From NCBI GenBank assembly GCA_900539755.1, contig UQDC01000006.1, forward strand, positions 45,177 through 109,176: a DNA stretch of 64,000 nt. The letters run 5' to 3'. The DNA comes from an uncultured Alistipes sp. (GTDB taxonomy: Bacteria > Bacteroidota > Bacteroidia > Bacteroidales > Rikenellaceae). Shown here in pieces: positions 52,038 to 62,136 of the stretch (its first letter is position 1; every line of letters starts with the position of its first letter). The notes under the pieces were generated by a model, which was given only the letters and a program-made list of their open reading frames with translations, was not told the origin of the DNA and did no database searches. Made by a program: the position numbers and the translations under genes.

Positions 52038-53225
52038 TTAACCTTTTATATCCTCCGCATTTATATTTTCCGCAGCAGGAAGAGAACTCTCTTGAATTGC
52101 ATTGCCTGTGCCTGGTGCTGTTGCTGTCTCTGAGGTGGAGCGGGTGCGGCTACGTCCTCCACGACGTCGGCCCTGTTGGGTACGCTGGGAGGATGATGTC
52201 CCCTCGCTCTTGTCGGCAGTACGAATGGCAGTGTCAGAGGATCCCTCGCCCTCCGGAGCCTCTGTTGATGCTATGGGGAGAGTGGTCTTGCTTTTCGTTG
52301 CCGTTACACGAACTGCATCGTCCGTCTCGCCTACAACAGCTTTACTCTTCGGTGCCTGTTTCTGTGATGAGGTAGAAGCCTGTTTGTCAGAACTGCCTTT
52401 TGATTGTCTCTTGGTAGGGGATGGAGTGGGGGCCTCCTCGGTTGCAGAGGTGGAACTGGCTGCGGTGGCTGAAGCCTTTTTGCGACGACTCTTTGAAGCT
52501 GCCGATGTTCCAGATGTGCCTGAAGATTCAATAGCCCCCGAACCTTTGGGTGCGGTTGGGGTCGTTGAACCTGTTGTAGTAGCAGCGGTGGTGCGAGAAG
52601 TTGCCGCAACAGCCGTTGTCGCAGCCGCAGAAGATGATGATGTGGAGCTGGCTGCCTTGGTTTCAACACGTTTGTTGCTCTCCTCTTTTTTAGTCTTGCC
52701 TTTGGCGGGTTTCTTCGTACGGAGGCTTTGATCTGTCGGAACAGAGGCTGGACGGTGCTCCTCTGAGGTGCCCTTGCGGCGGCGAGGCGTTTCGATATTG
52801 CCTTCACGACCAGAGGTTGCCGTCAGGGTTTTCATCCGTTCAAAACTGTCCAGGTGAAGCTCTAAAGCACGTACCGAGATCAACAGCTCACGGATCGAGA
52901 TGCCCAATGAGATGGTTAACAGCACCAATGCTATTCCAAACGTGTAAACAGCAATCATCTGTAAGCCGATGTATATCAGAAAGGTGCAAACCACACACAA
53001 CAACAGGCTGCTGACACCAAATAGCTGCATCGAACGGGCCATGTAGAGCCGGCGGCGAAGATTGGCCAACTGCAGATGGGTAATGGTCGAGGGATTTTTG
53101 TCGTAATCGGCCTTGAGAGTCCGTACTAACTGTGCATAGGAGAGAAAGCGGTTGGTGTATGCCAGCAAAATCAAGGATATGGCAGAGAAAAGAATAGAGG
53201 GTGTCGATAAAGTGAGTTCTGTCAT
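52038..53225 (-). CDS. DUF2721-like two-TM membrane protein with a ~260-aa S/T/A/K-rich disordered C-terminal tail
   Basis: N-terminal about 130 aa with two TM helices and a DUF2721-like pattern, followed by an extremely low-complexity tail (AASSTSSSSAAATTAVAATSRTTAATTTGSTTPTAPKG...). Confidence 0.6.
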   Translation of the reverse strand: MTELTLSTPSILFSAISLILLAYTNRFLSYAQLVRTLKADYDKNPSTITHLQLANLRRRLYMARSMQLFGVSSLLLCVVCTFLIYIGLQMIAVYTFGIALVLLTISLGISIRELLISVRALELHLDSFERMKTLTATSGREGNIETPRRRKGTSEEHRPASVPTDQSLRTKKPAKGKTKKEESNKRVETKAASSTSSSSAAATTAVAATSRTTAATTTGSTTPTAPKGSGAIESSGTSGTSAASKSRRKKASATAASSTSATEEAPTPSPTKRQSKGSSDKQASTSSQKQAPKSKAVVGETDDAVRVTATKSKTTLPIASTEAPEGEGSSDTAIRTADKSEGTSSSQRTQQGRRRGGRSRTRSTSETATAPGTGNAIQESSLPAAENINAEDIKG

Positions 53226-53231
53226 GAATGG

Positions 53232-54560
53232 TTAAATTTTTTTGTTGCGCCAATTCGCTTTGACGAGGTAAAGATAGGTAAATAATAGCAATCCAATGCT
53301 ATATATGATATCGACAGTCCAACAGAGCGTAATGCTGGGACGGTGGAGAATGATGATCCACCAGATTGAAAGTACATACAGGGCTAATGCTCCTAACTCC
53401 ATCAGCATGGCCATAAAGGAGTTGCCGGTACCGGAGACCGCATTGAAATAGATGCTGCCGGGAATCAGTGTCAAATAGCCGGCCACCATGACCCATAATG
53501 AGCCAACCGATGCGGCAATTAGGGTTAGATCATTGGTGTATAGACGAAGCACAACGGACGGAAACAGGCAGATCAATATCATTACAGGCAGTGCTAAACG
53601 ATAGGCCAGACCGATAATTTGTCGTACGGTCGGCATGACCTGATCGTATTCTCCTTTGCCCATCAGGGTGCTGGTCAAGGCACTGGTGGTGGAGCTGTAT
53701 GCGCTGACCGTTACGAACAGAATGGAGGAGACGCTGCGAACAATGTTGGAGATGGCCAGTGGACGCTCACCGAGGTGTTCTACGGTCAAGAAGAAGATGA
53801 ACCAGGTGCCTGTGGAGATAAAGGCCTGCAGCATGGTCCAAATCGACACGTTGAAGATCTGTGTCAGAATGGAGAGATTGAAACCCTGGAAACGGAACAG
53901 CCCGTAACGTTTTGCGTAACCGTGCAAGCGGGTATGGATAGCAAAAAAGAGCAGTGAACTCAACTCTGCAATGGATGAAGCGATGGCTGCACCTGCAATA
54001 CCCAAGGCCGGACATCCCAATTTTCCGAATATGAGTATGTAGTTCAACACGATGTTGGTGAGCACCATGATAATTGAGTTGGCAGTCAGCAGGCGGGTGT
54101 TGGTGGTGCCGACATAGAAGGCCCGGAACAGCACGGCGGCAAATGAAAAAAAGAAACCGTAAACACGCCAGTCCAAATAGGCAACGGCTGCAGCATAGAC
54201 CGCATCGGATTCAATCAGGGTGCGGAGTAGCCGGGGAGTGTACTGTTTGGAAACAAAAAACATGACAGCGGCAAAACACAACAAGAACAATAATCCCTGT
54301 TGAAAGATTTTGCCGATTTCTCGGGGGTGTCCCTCTCCGTTTCGTCGGGCAATGAGGATTTGCACGCCGATACTGAACCCGAATCCGAGCATAAAGATCG
54401 CCATGAAATAGACGCCGGCCAATGCCGATGCTCCCAATTCGACATCGCCGACACGACCCAAAAAGGCCACATCGGTCAGGCCGATCAGGTTTTCCATCAA
54501 TAAGCTGATCAGCAGTGGATAGGTGATTTTCCAGATATGTCGGTTTGTATAGGCTTGCAT
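53232..54560 (-). CDS. MATE-family efflux transporter
   Basis: 442 aa, 12 TM helices, MATE N- and C-lobe repeats. Confidence 0.88.
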   Translation of the reverse strand: MQAYTNRHIWKITYPLLISLLMENLIGLTDVAFLGRVGDVELGASALAGVYFMAIFMLGFGFSIGVQILIARRNGEGHPREIGKIFQQGLLFLLCFAAVMFFVSKQYTPRLLRTLIESDAVYAAAVAYLDWRVYGFFFSFAAVLFRAFYVGTTNTRLLTANSIIMVLTNIVLNYILIFGKLGCPALGIAGAAIASSIAELSSLLFFAIHTRLHGYAKRYGLFRFQGFNLSILTQIFNVSIWTMLQAFISTGTWFIFFLTVEHLGERPLAISNIVRSVSSILFVTVSAYSSTTSALTSTLMGKGEYDQVMPTVRQIIGLAYRLALPVMILICLFPSVVLRLYTNDLTLIAASVGSLWVMVAGYLTLIPGSIYFNAVSGTGNSFMAMLMELGALALYVLSIWWIIILHRPSITLCWTVDIIYSIGLLLFTYLYLVKANWRNKKI

Positions 54561-54805
54561 GGTTATGTTTTAGCTCATTTACGCTCCCTGTTGGGAGTGA
54601 GGTTCTGTTGCGGAGGCTAAATGCCTATCCTGATGCTTTGCGTGGCGAGGTCGTTTTATGGTGTTTTCACCTCTGACCCCTGAAACGCTTCCGGGACGTG
54701 GCCTTGCCGTTGTGGCCCTGCATCTCCCCTTACAGCATATTCGGGAGTAGGGTTGTGCAGTGGGGCGGAGTAATGGGGCTATGCTATTGCGGCACCACCA
54801 TTATG

Positions 54806-54847
54806 GTTCCACTGTTGCGGTTCCACTGTTGCGGTTTCACCGTTTCC
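54806..54847. repeat. 14-nt tandem repeat (GGTTCCACTGTTGC)x3
   Basis: Sequence reads ggttccactgttgcggttccactgttgcggtttcaccgtttc. Confidence 0.85.
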
Positions 54848-55508
54848 CTGACTCCGTTTGGGCGTGGTAATCACATGGTGATACCATTGCTTTCCTCCCC
54901 CTCCTGGAATCCATTCGAAGCGAGGCAATATGGCTTTACATCCTCGCTGAAATGTGTTCAGTAAGGCTCGGTCGTTGTCACTATGCACCTGCCCAATGTC
55001 TATCCAGTAGAGGCAATCTCTTGGTAGCTCTACATCCCCTCAACAGTAGAGTCTCAGTTGCGTTCCTGGCGATTGTATCCTCTGTCCTCCGGCTTGAGTC
55101 TTGGCGTTTGGCCAGTGTGAGGAATGTGCCCTCATGTCCGTTTTCCGCAATCCTTTGTAATGCGGTATGGCGAAAGGCTGGGCAATGAGGACTACTCCTG
55201 TTCAACCCGCTCCATACATGGATCCCTCTTAAAAAATGTAGGAACAATCGAGTGTCCAAATACGGTTTTTACCTCTTGTATGTCAGACAGATATTGAATC
55301 GGTTTGGAAAAACAACCCTTGAAAGAGGACGCACAATGGACAACAAAGGTAGAATTTTTCTTTGCAAATGTTTAATTTTGATAGCTTACATCCCTCAGCT
55401 GCTATATGCAGACGGTGCGGAACAGAACAGAAGCCCTTTATGGGTGTACTTCCGGTAATGCGTAGTGTGGCTGTGAGCAGGAAACCGATAAACGGACCAA
55501 AGCAAAAA

Positions 55509-57833
55509 ATGGAAATCGTCAAGAAAAATATTCCGGTGCTGGAAATGAGCTGTGCCGTGTGCGCAGCGAATGTCGAAAACAGAGTGCGTACGGTCGAAGG
55601 TGTGGCCGCTGCATCTGTCAATTTCGCCTCCAATCAGCTTCATGTCGAATATGATCCTGCACGTGTGACCTTGCTCCAGTTGCAACAGGCCGTGCGAGAG
55701 ATCGGCTATGATCTGATCGTGGACGAAAGTCACGCCGAAGAGGAACAGCAACAGGCCCAGCAGAATCATTATCGTGAATTGAAACGCAATACGGTGAAAG
55801 TCTGGTGTTTCGCTCTGCCTCTGATGATCCTGGGAATGGTGTTTATGCATGAACGTTGGGCTGCATGGTTGATGCTGTTGCTCTCTTTGCCCGTCTTTTG
55901 GTTCGGGCGTCTGTTCTACATCAACGCCTGGAAACAGGCCTCACACCGATCGGCCAATATGGATACATTGGTCGCCTTGAGTACCTCTATCGCATTTTTG
56001 TTCAGTCTGTTCAATACGCTCTTCCCGCAAGTGTGGCTCTCTCGTGGATTGGAACCTCATGTCTATTATGAGGCTGCTACGATGATTATTGCTTTCGTCT
56101 TGCTGGGAAAGTTGCTCGAAGAACGGGCTAAAGGAAATACCTCGTCCGCCATTCGTAAATTGATAGGACTGCAGCCAAAAACGGCCCGTGTCATTGGTGC
56201 GGATGGTTCGGAGCAGGATTTGCCGGTCGCCCAATTACAGGTGGGAGATCGGATCAGCCTCAGACCCGGGGAGAAAATCCCCGTGGATGGAATCCTCTTT
56301 TCGGGGAGCACCTTTGTCGATGAGAGCATGATTACCGGTGAACCGATCCCTGCCCGTAAGGATCAGGGTGACAAACTGCTGGCAGGGACCGTTAATCAAC
56401 GTGGCTCATTTGTGATGGAGGCAACCAAAGTGGGAAGCGATACCTTGTTGGCGCAGATTATCCGGACCGTACAGGAGGCACAAGGTAGTAAAGCGCCCGT
56501 GCAACGCATTGCCGATCGGATTGCTGCCGTATTTGTTCCGGTGGTGATCGGCCTGGCCCTGCTGACATTTCTCCTCTGGTTGGTACTGGGTGGCGAAGAG
56601 GCTTTTACCTATGGGCTCCTGGCAATGGTGTCCGTATTGGTCATCGCTTGCCCCTGCGCTTTAGGATTGGCTACACCCACTGCGTTGATGGTGGGAATCG
56701 GCAAGGGTGCTGAACAGCAGATCCTGATCAAAGATGCTGCTGCTCTGGAGCGTATGTGCAAAGTCGATACGGTGGTGTTGGACAAAACGGGAACCTTGAC
56801 CGAAGGTCGTCCCGAAGTGGTAAAGTGGTTGTGGACTGCAGGTACGGAAGAGCAACACCGCTATTGGCAGGGGCTCTTTTATGCAGCCGAATCCCGATCG
56901 GAACATCCCCTGGGAGAGGCTGTGGTACGTTATCTGGAGCAACAGGAGGCTCACACGTGTCCTTTGTCCCTGTTTGAGAGCTTGACGGGTGAAGGTGTTG
57001 AATTCAAGGCGGAAAGTGCTGCCCGGAGCGATGTGGAATCCTCCGTCTCACCGTCGGCCTCAACTCCGGATGCCACAACGGAAAGCGTAGCGACTGGGTC
57101 CTCGTCTGACTTGGGGCAGAGAGCAGAACAGACGTTTTGGATCGGCAGTCGTAAACTGGCAGAGCGTTATGGGGCAGAAATGGAGCCATCGTTAGCCCGG
57201 GAGATTACGGCCCATGAGCAGGCTGGATGTACCACTGTCTTGGGTGGTTGCGGAACCCGACTGTTGGCTGTCGTGGTGATTAGCGATCGGATCAAGACAA
57301 CCACGCCGGAAGCTTTGAAAGAGCTGCGTCGTGCCGGTATAGAAATCTGCATGTTGACCGGCGACAGCCAAAAAACAGCCGCAGCAATTGCCAAAGAGCT
57401 CGGTATTTCACAATTTCAGGCAGAGATGCTGCCTGCGGACAAAGAGCAATATATTCGCCGGTTGCAGGCTGAGGGGCATACGGTCGCTATGGTCGGAGAC
57501 GGTATCAACGATTCGCAAGCCCTCTCGTCTGCAGATGTCAGTGTCGCTATGGGGCGGGGAACGGATATAGCGATGGAGGTGGCCATGGTTACTTTGATCA
57601 CCTCTGACCTGAAATTACTCCCTCGGGCCTACCGGCTTTCAAAAGATACCGTACGAGCAATCCGCCAGAATCTGTTTTGGGCCTTTATATACAATTTGAT
57701 AGGCATTCCGATTGCTGCCGGAGTACTCTATCCGGTGTGTGGACTGTTGCTGAATCCGATGTTGGCCAGTGCGGCGATGGCTTTCAGTTCGGTCTCTGTG
57801 GTGATGAACAGTTTGCGGTTGCGTTGGAAATAG
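55509..57833 (+). CDS. copA: copper-translocating P1B-type ATPase
   Basis: N-terminal HMA domain ([11 protein letters not shown]), CPC in TM6, DKTGTLT phosphorylation site and GDGINDS. It has an S/T-rich ~35-aa insertion in the N domain. Start chosen at MEIVKK. Confidence 0.92.
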   Translation: MEIVKKNIPVLEMSCAVCAANVENRVRTVEGVAAASVNFASNQLHVEYDPARVTLLQLQQAVREIGYDLIVDESHAEEEQQQAQQNHYRELKRNTVKVWCFALPLMILGMVFMHERWAAWLMLLLSLPVFWFGRLFYINAWKQASHRSANMDTLVALSTSIAFLFSLFNTLFPQVWLSRGLEPHVYYEAATMIIAFVLLGKLLEERAKGNTSSAIRKLIGLQPKTARVIGADGSEQDLPVAQLQVGDRISLRPGEKIPVDGILFSGSTFVDESMITGEPIPARKDQGDKLLAGTVNQRGSFVMEATKVGSDTLLAQIIRTVQEAQGSKAPVQRIADRIAAVFVPVVIGLALLTFLLWLVLGGEEAFTYGLLAMVSVLVIACPCALGLATPTALMVGIGKGAEQQILIKDAAALERMCKVDTVVLDKTGTLTEGRPEVVKWLWTAGTEEQHRYWQGLFYAAESRSEHPLGEAVVRYLEQQEAHTCPLSLFESLTGEGVEFKAESAARSDVESSVSPSASTPDATTESVATGSSSDLGQRAEQTFWIGSRKLAERYGAEMEPSLAREITAHEQAGCTTVLGGCGTRLLAVVVISDRIKTTTPEALKELRRAGIEICMLTGDSQKTAAAIAKELGISQFQAEMLPADKEQYIRRLQAEGHTVAMVGDGINDSQALSSADVSVAMGRGTDIAMEVAMVTLITSDLKLLPRAYRLSKDTVRAIRQNLFWAFIYNLIGIPIAAGVLYPVCGLLLNPMLASAAMAFSSVSVVMNSLRLRWK

Positions 57834-57857
57834 AGAGCTGAGGTTTGTCCCGGTCGT

Positions 57858-57990
57858 GGATGTGCAAGGTGTGAACCTTGGACGGGAAAACAGATCGGGT
57901 TGCAAGGCCTGGACCTCGGGGTGAAAACAGATCAGGTTGCAAGGTTTGAACCCCGGGCGAAAAAAAGTCGAGTTGCAAGACCTGAACAAT
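57858..57990. repeat. four ~36-bp direct repeats between copA and copZ-like gene, each with a GTTGCAAGGnnTGAACC dyad
   Basis: gggaaaacagatcgggttgcaaggcctggacctcgg, ggtgaaaacagatcaggttgcaaggtttgaaccccggg and cgaaaaaaagtcgagttgcaagacctgaacaa, plus the half-copy gtgcaaggtgtgaacc. Confidence 0.8.
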
Positions 57991-58094
57991 AAATACAGAC
58001 TTGAATCGATTAAGTATGATATGAGGGGTAAAAGCTACGTTAGGCTGCAACCCGAAATAGTATATGTGAAACCAGAACTATTAATCAAAAAGTT

Positions 58095-58301
58095 ATGAAA
58101 ACCAGCAAGTTTAAAACAAATGCAAAATGTGACGGCTGTGTAGCCCGTATAGCTGATAAATTAAACGAAATTGTACCTCGTGAACAGTGGAACATTGACC
58201 TTTCGACAACGGATCGGGTGTTGACCGTTACGGCGGATGTTCCCGATGAGAAGATCATCGCTGTGGTGGTAGCGGCTGGTTATAAGGCGGAAAAACTTTA
58301 A
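58095..58301 (+). CDS. copZ: heavy-metal-associated (HMA) domain copper chaperone, CopZ-like
   Basis: 68 aa with a CxxC motif (KCDGC) and a ferredoxin-like HMA fold length. Confidence 0.7.
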   Translation: MKTSKFKTNAKCDGCVARIADKLNEIVPREQWNIDLSTTDRVLTVTADVPDEKIIAVVVAAGYKAEKL

Positions 58302-58805
58302 CGATTCCCCCATCTTCGGGAAACGCACTGTCCTCTGAAATTTTGAATCCCGTCCTGGCATGGAGAATTCCGTATCCTGCCATGGAACGTTGCTTGCAGA
58401 TGCGCCGGGAACAGAGCTTGTGTGATGGGCCATGATGTGCTACTGTCGATCCAATGCAATTTCGATCCGATACGATTGGTGTTGTATGCGGGTGATGGTG
58501 GGGTGCGGCTTGTGATTAGGGTGGCTTGTGATCCGGTGCGGTTGGGGTCAAGATGTGGCTTGAACCGTTGAGCGAATGCGTGTGCGGCTATATTGATGTG
58601 GACCGCAGATCTTTCGAGCTGTGGATGGTCCGGAAGAGTCGTACTGGAGAGATGAAGAGTCCAAAATCTGCATGTGTTGTATAGAAAAAACGGTTGCGTG
58701 TCAATGCCGAAGCGTTGCGGAGGTTAAGTTGTGGTGTGTTTGCGGCATGGTGAAAAGCTGCGGCGCATTTGCAGTGCGTTAAAAGGATATGCGATCCATG
58801 GTGAC

Positions 58806-58890
58806 CGGTCAGCATGCTCCCCAGCGTGGCATGTTCCTCAGCGTGGCATGTTCCCCAGCGTGGCATGCTCCCCAATGTGGTATCTTCCTC
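58806..58890. repeat. 17-nt tandem minisatellite (AGCGTGGCATGTTCCCC)x~5
   Basis: Sequence reads cagcatgctccccagcgtggcatgttcctcagcgtggcatgttccccagcgtggcatgctccccaatgtggtatcttcctc. Confidence 0.9.
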
Positions 58891-59223
58891 TCCCGTTCGT
58901 TGTGGAGTTGCAGCGTGTGGTTGTGTACGCAGCGAAGATGTAATGCGTATTGGTTATGGAGAGGGAGGACACATATTCGGGAAAGTCGGGGATGAATGTG
59001 TGGTGTTGCCAGGATACCCGGAAAGTGCCGAATGCGAATGAAGCGTTCGGGCGATGGCTTCATGTCGGGTAAGCAGAAACGATGTTGTGGAAGCATTGCT
59101 GTTGTGGAGCGATAGCAGATCCGTGTTGGGCCTGTAATAACCCCGTTGGTGAATGACTGCTTCCGTGGCGTCAGAATGGCAATGTGTCGTTTGTTTGGTT
59201 AAATTTGTAGCGAACAGTCAAAT

Positions 59224-60111
59224 TTGAAAAGTCTTGTGAAAGAGCATACAGTGAAAGTGGTCGATTCGTTTGAAGGTCATGATGATGAGGCCGTCTTCAA
59301 AAGTATTGTGCTGACGGCAGAAAACCCCATGTCGTTTGATACCTACGTAATGCCCCAAAAGATCCATGGCATGGGCCTGTGTATCTGCCAACAGGGTGAG
59401 GCTGTCATCTCAATCGATAAAAAACAGTATCCGATCCGCCAACACGATATGGTCATCTTTCTGCCCGGGGCAGTGGTGCAGCCGGTCAGCCGTAGCGATG
59501 ACTTTGCGGGATGTGCTTTAATGCTGAAGATCGATCGGGTGATTGATGTCGATCCGTCGATGGGAGTGCAGCTCTATTTGGCCGTGCGGGATCAACCTTG
59601 CGTCTCCCTGACGGAACAGGATATGCAGGCAATTTTTGAGGTGCGTGATTTGATCCAAAAGAAAATAGCCTATAGCGATAACCCCTATTACAAAGAGATC
59701 ATCGAAAATTTAATATTGAACCTCTTTTATGAAATTGGGGCGATTATCAATCGTGGAAAAACGCTCGAACCCCGTAAAACCCGCAGCCGTCAGGAAGAAC
59801 TGTTCGAAAAATTCCTCTATTTGGTCGCTACCTATTACCGAACACATCGTGATTTGGGATTTTATGCCGAACAAATGTGCTTGACCCCAAAATACCTGTC
59901 GGCAATCGTTAAACTCGTCTCGGGATCCAGTGCAACCGAATGTATTAACCGTTCGGTCATTCGCAATGCAAAGGCCCTGTTGGAAACCTCACAACTGACT
60001 GTACAGCAAATTGCCGATTATCTCAATTTCCCCACCCCCTCATTCTTTGGCCAGTATTTTAAAAAACATGTGGGAATGACCCCGAAAGAGTACAGAATGC
60101 AAGCCCATTAA
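59224..60111 (+). CDS. AraC-family transcriptional regulator
   Basis: C-terminal dual HTH (…ADYLNFPTPSFFGQYFKKHVGMTPKEYR) and an N-terminal cupin-like sensor domain. Confidence 0.85.
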   Translation: MKSLVKEHTVKVVDSFEGHDDEAVFKSIVLTAENPMSFDTYVMPQKIHGMGLCICQQGEAVISIDKKQYPIRQHDMVIFLPGAVVQPVSRSDDFAGCALMLKIDRVIDVDPSMGVQLYLAVRDQPCVSLTEQDMQAIFEVRDLIQKKIAYSDNPYYKEIIENLILNLFYEIGAIINRGKTLEPRKTRSRQEELFEKFLYLVATYYRTHRDLGFYAEQMCLTPKYLSAIVKLVSGSSATECINRSVIRNAKALLETSQLTVQQIADYLNFPTPSFFGQYFKKHVGMTPKEYRMQAH

Positions 60112-60191
60112 AACCGCAGAAAGTTCCAGTAATAGTGGTCATTTAGGACAAAAAAACGTACCTTTGGGAAAATTTTTCAAACGAGAGTATC

Positions 60192-61799
60192 GTGGAACAA
60201 TTTTCCCTATATGGTGTAAAGTGGGTCAGGACGCTGTTTTGTTGTGTCCTGTTTGGTTGCATCTGTTTGCCCCTGTCCGTTTCGGCAAGCTGTATCAAGC
60301 CCTCTGCCGATGCATTCCCATTCACACCAATTGCCGATCCGATGTTCCAACCGGATACTGTGGCCGGTGATACCCTGGCTCTGGACAGTGCAGTACGGCT
60401 GAACGGCTGGCAACGCTTCCAGCTCAAGGTCGATCGGATGACCCAAACCCGACTCTATAAAATGACCTATGTGGCGGTGCCTTTGATTGTGGCCGGTGTG
60501 GTCCTCAATGACCAGCGATACCATTTCAATGCCCTGCGTGATTCCTATATCCCTACGTTCCGATACCATTACGACGACTATCTGCAATATGGACCGATGG
60601 TATTGACCTATGGTTTGAAACTGGCCGGCGTGCCGGGACGCAGCTCCTGGGGACGCATGTTGGTCTCCAACGCCTTCTCTGCGGCATTGATGGCCGGCTT
60701 TGTCAATACATTGAAATATTCGGTCAAGCAACCCCGCCCAGACGGATCGGGTAACAACTCATTCCCTTCGGGACATACCGCTACAGCCTTTATGGCGGCT
60801 ACCATCCTGCATAAGGAGTATGGCCTTACCCACAGCCCCTGGTATAGTATTGGCGGATATATGACCGCCACGACAATCGGCGTGAGCCGTCTGATGAACA
60901 ATAAACACTGGATCTCTGATGTCCTGGTCGGTGCCGGAATCGGTATCTTGTCAACGGAATTGGGCTATTATTTGACCGATCTGATCTATAAGGATCGGGG
61001 ATTGCGCCGTCCCGATCGGGTTGACTCCCATTTCAACTATGACCGGAAAGCCTCGTTTTTTGGCCTATACATGGGGTTCAATTGGGCCGGGAAAAGCATG
61101 GCCTATTTTAATCATGCCGGAATCAAGGTCTCTACGGGTGCAATCTCGGGTATAGAAGGAGCGTGGTTTATCAATCGATATATCGGTATCGGAGGTAGGG
61201 CAACCATTGCCAGTATGCCGATGGCTGTGAGCTTGCAGGATAATCAGATGGTGGATGGTGAGGCGTTGATGAGTCGTCTGGAACGTATCGAAATCTCCTC
61301 TTTGAAGGTCTCCGAAGTGATGGCCGGTGCCTACTTCTCCTATCCTCTGTCCAAACATTGGTCCGTTGGGTCGAAACTGCTGTGTGGTACCTATTCCATT
61401 CGTAAAAACCGGGTCAATGCCGTACTGAATCCTGCCCAGCAGGAGAGTACTCTGCCAGTGAATCTTCCGGTGGCACAGCTGTCAAGAGGCGTTACCGAGT
61501 CTCAGCAATTGGCCGACGGTTTGGAGAAGGGGCAGACTCGTCAACCTCTGATGGAGATCGGTTCCAGTGAAAGTTTCGGATTCGGCACCGGACTGTCGTT
61601 CATGTATCTGGTGGGCCGAAATCTGGGTGTCCGCCTTTTCTACGATATTAGTTTCTCACCGGTGCACTTTAAAGCCAAAGAGTACAACATGGACGGGTCG
61701 GTGCAAACCAGCAGTATCAGAGATTTTAACTACTCTTCTACGCTGGGAGGATCAGTCTGTATCCTCTTCTTTGGCAAGGATAAGAAAAAAGCAAAATAA
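60192..61799 (+). CDS. PAP2-superfamily phosphatase with a ~270-aa beta-rich C-terminal domain (candidate lipid A/lipid phosphatase)
   Basis: Signal peptide plus PAP2 motifs KxxxxxxRP (KYSVKQPRP), PSGH and SRxxxxxHxxxD (SRLMNNKHWISD). The C-terminal half has alternating hydrophobic, beta-barrel-like character. Confidence 0.7.
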   Translation: MEQFSLYGVKWVRTLFCCVLFGCICLPLSVSASCIKPSADAFPFTPIADPMFQPDTVAGDTLALDSAVRLNGWQRFQLKVDRMTQTRLYKMTYVAVPLIVAGVVLNDQRYHFNALRDSYIPTFRYHYDDYLQYGPMVLTYGLKLAGVPGRSSWGRMLVSNAFSAALMAGFVNTLKYSVKQPRPDGSGNNSFPSGHTATAFMAATILHKEYGLTHSPWYSIGGYMTATTIGVSRLMNNKHWISDVLVGAGIGILSTELGYYLTDLIYKDRGLRRPDRVDSHFNYDRKASFFGLYMGFNWAGKSMAYFNHAGIKVSTGAISGIEGAWFINRYIGIGGRATIASMPMAVSLQDNQMVDGEALMSRLERIEISSLKVSEVMAGAYFSYPLSKHWSVGSKLLCGTYSIRKNRVNAVLNPAQQESTLPVNLPVAQLSRGVTESQQLADGLEKGQTRQPLMEIGSSESFGFGTGLSFMYLVGRNLGVRLFYDISFSPVHFKAKEYNMDGSVQTSSIRDFNYSSTLGGSVCILFFGKDKKKAK

Positions 61800-62136
61800 C
61801 GAAAACCTCTAGCTGTTCGTGCACTTGTGTGTGTACTTGTGCGCGTAGTGGCGTGTGTGCCTGTTTGCACAGCCATTCGTAGGCCGATGATAGGCTTTTT
61901 ACTGGCATTTTATACGATCCTGTGTCGTATGAAGTGCCAGTTCTGTTTTGATTGTCATGGTTGTGAGAAGAGCCTGGATCCCTTGTGACGTTTGGATCGC
62001 CAGAATGACAGGAGCTCTTTGATTATCACCTTCGATAACCTGATTAGACAACGCATCCGATTGCCTTGCATTCGGAGCTATCCCGTATCCGAGTTCGCTC
62101 ATCGCAATGCGGGCCTCAGTGTGTTATGCCTATATA

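Noticed and set aside
52102-52731. 209-aa + strand ORF opposite the DUF2721 tail
   Set aside because: It is an antisense reading of the GC-rich S/T/A-coding repeats and has no start context or homology.
58588-59096. Cluster of overlapping 68-95 aa ORFs on both strands
   Set aside because: They are driven by the AGCGTGGCATGTTCCCC minisatellite and GT-rich DNA. The frames overlap each other and none has coding character.
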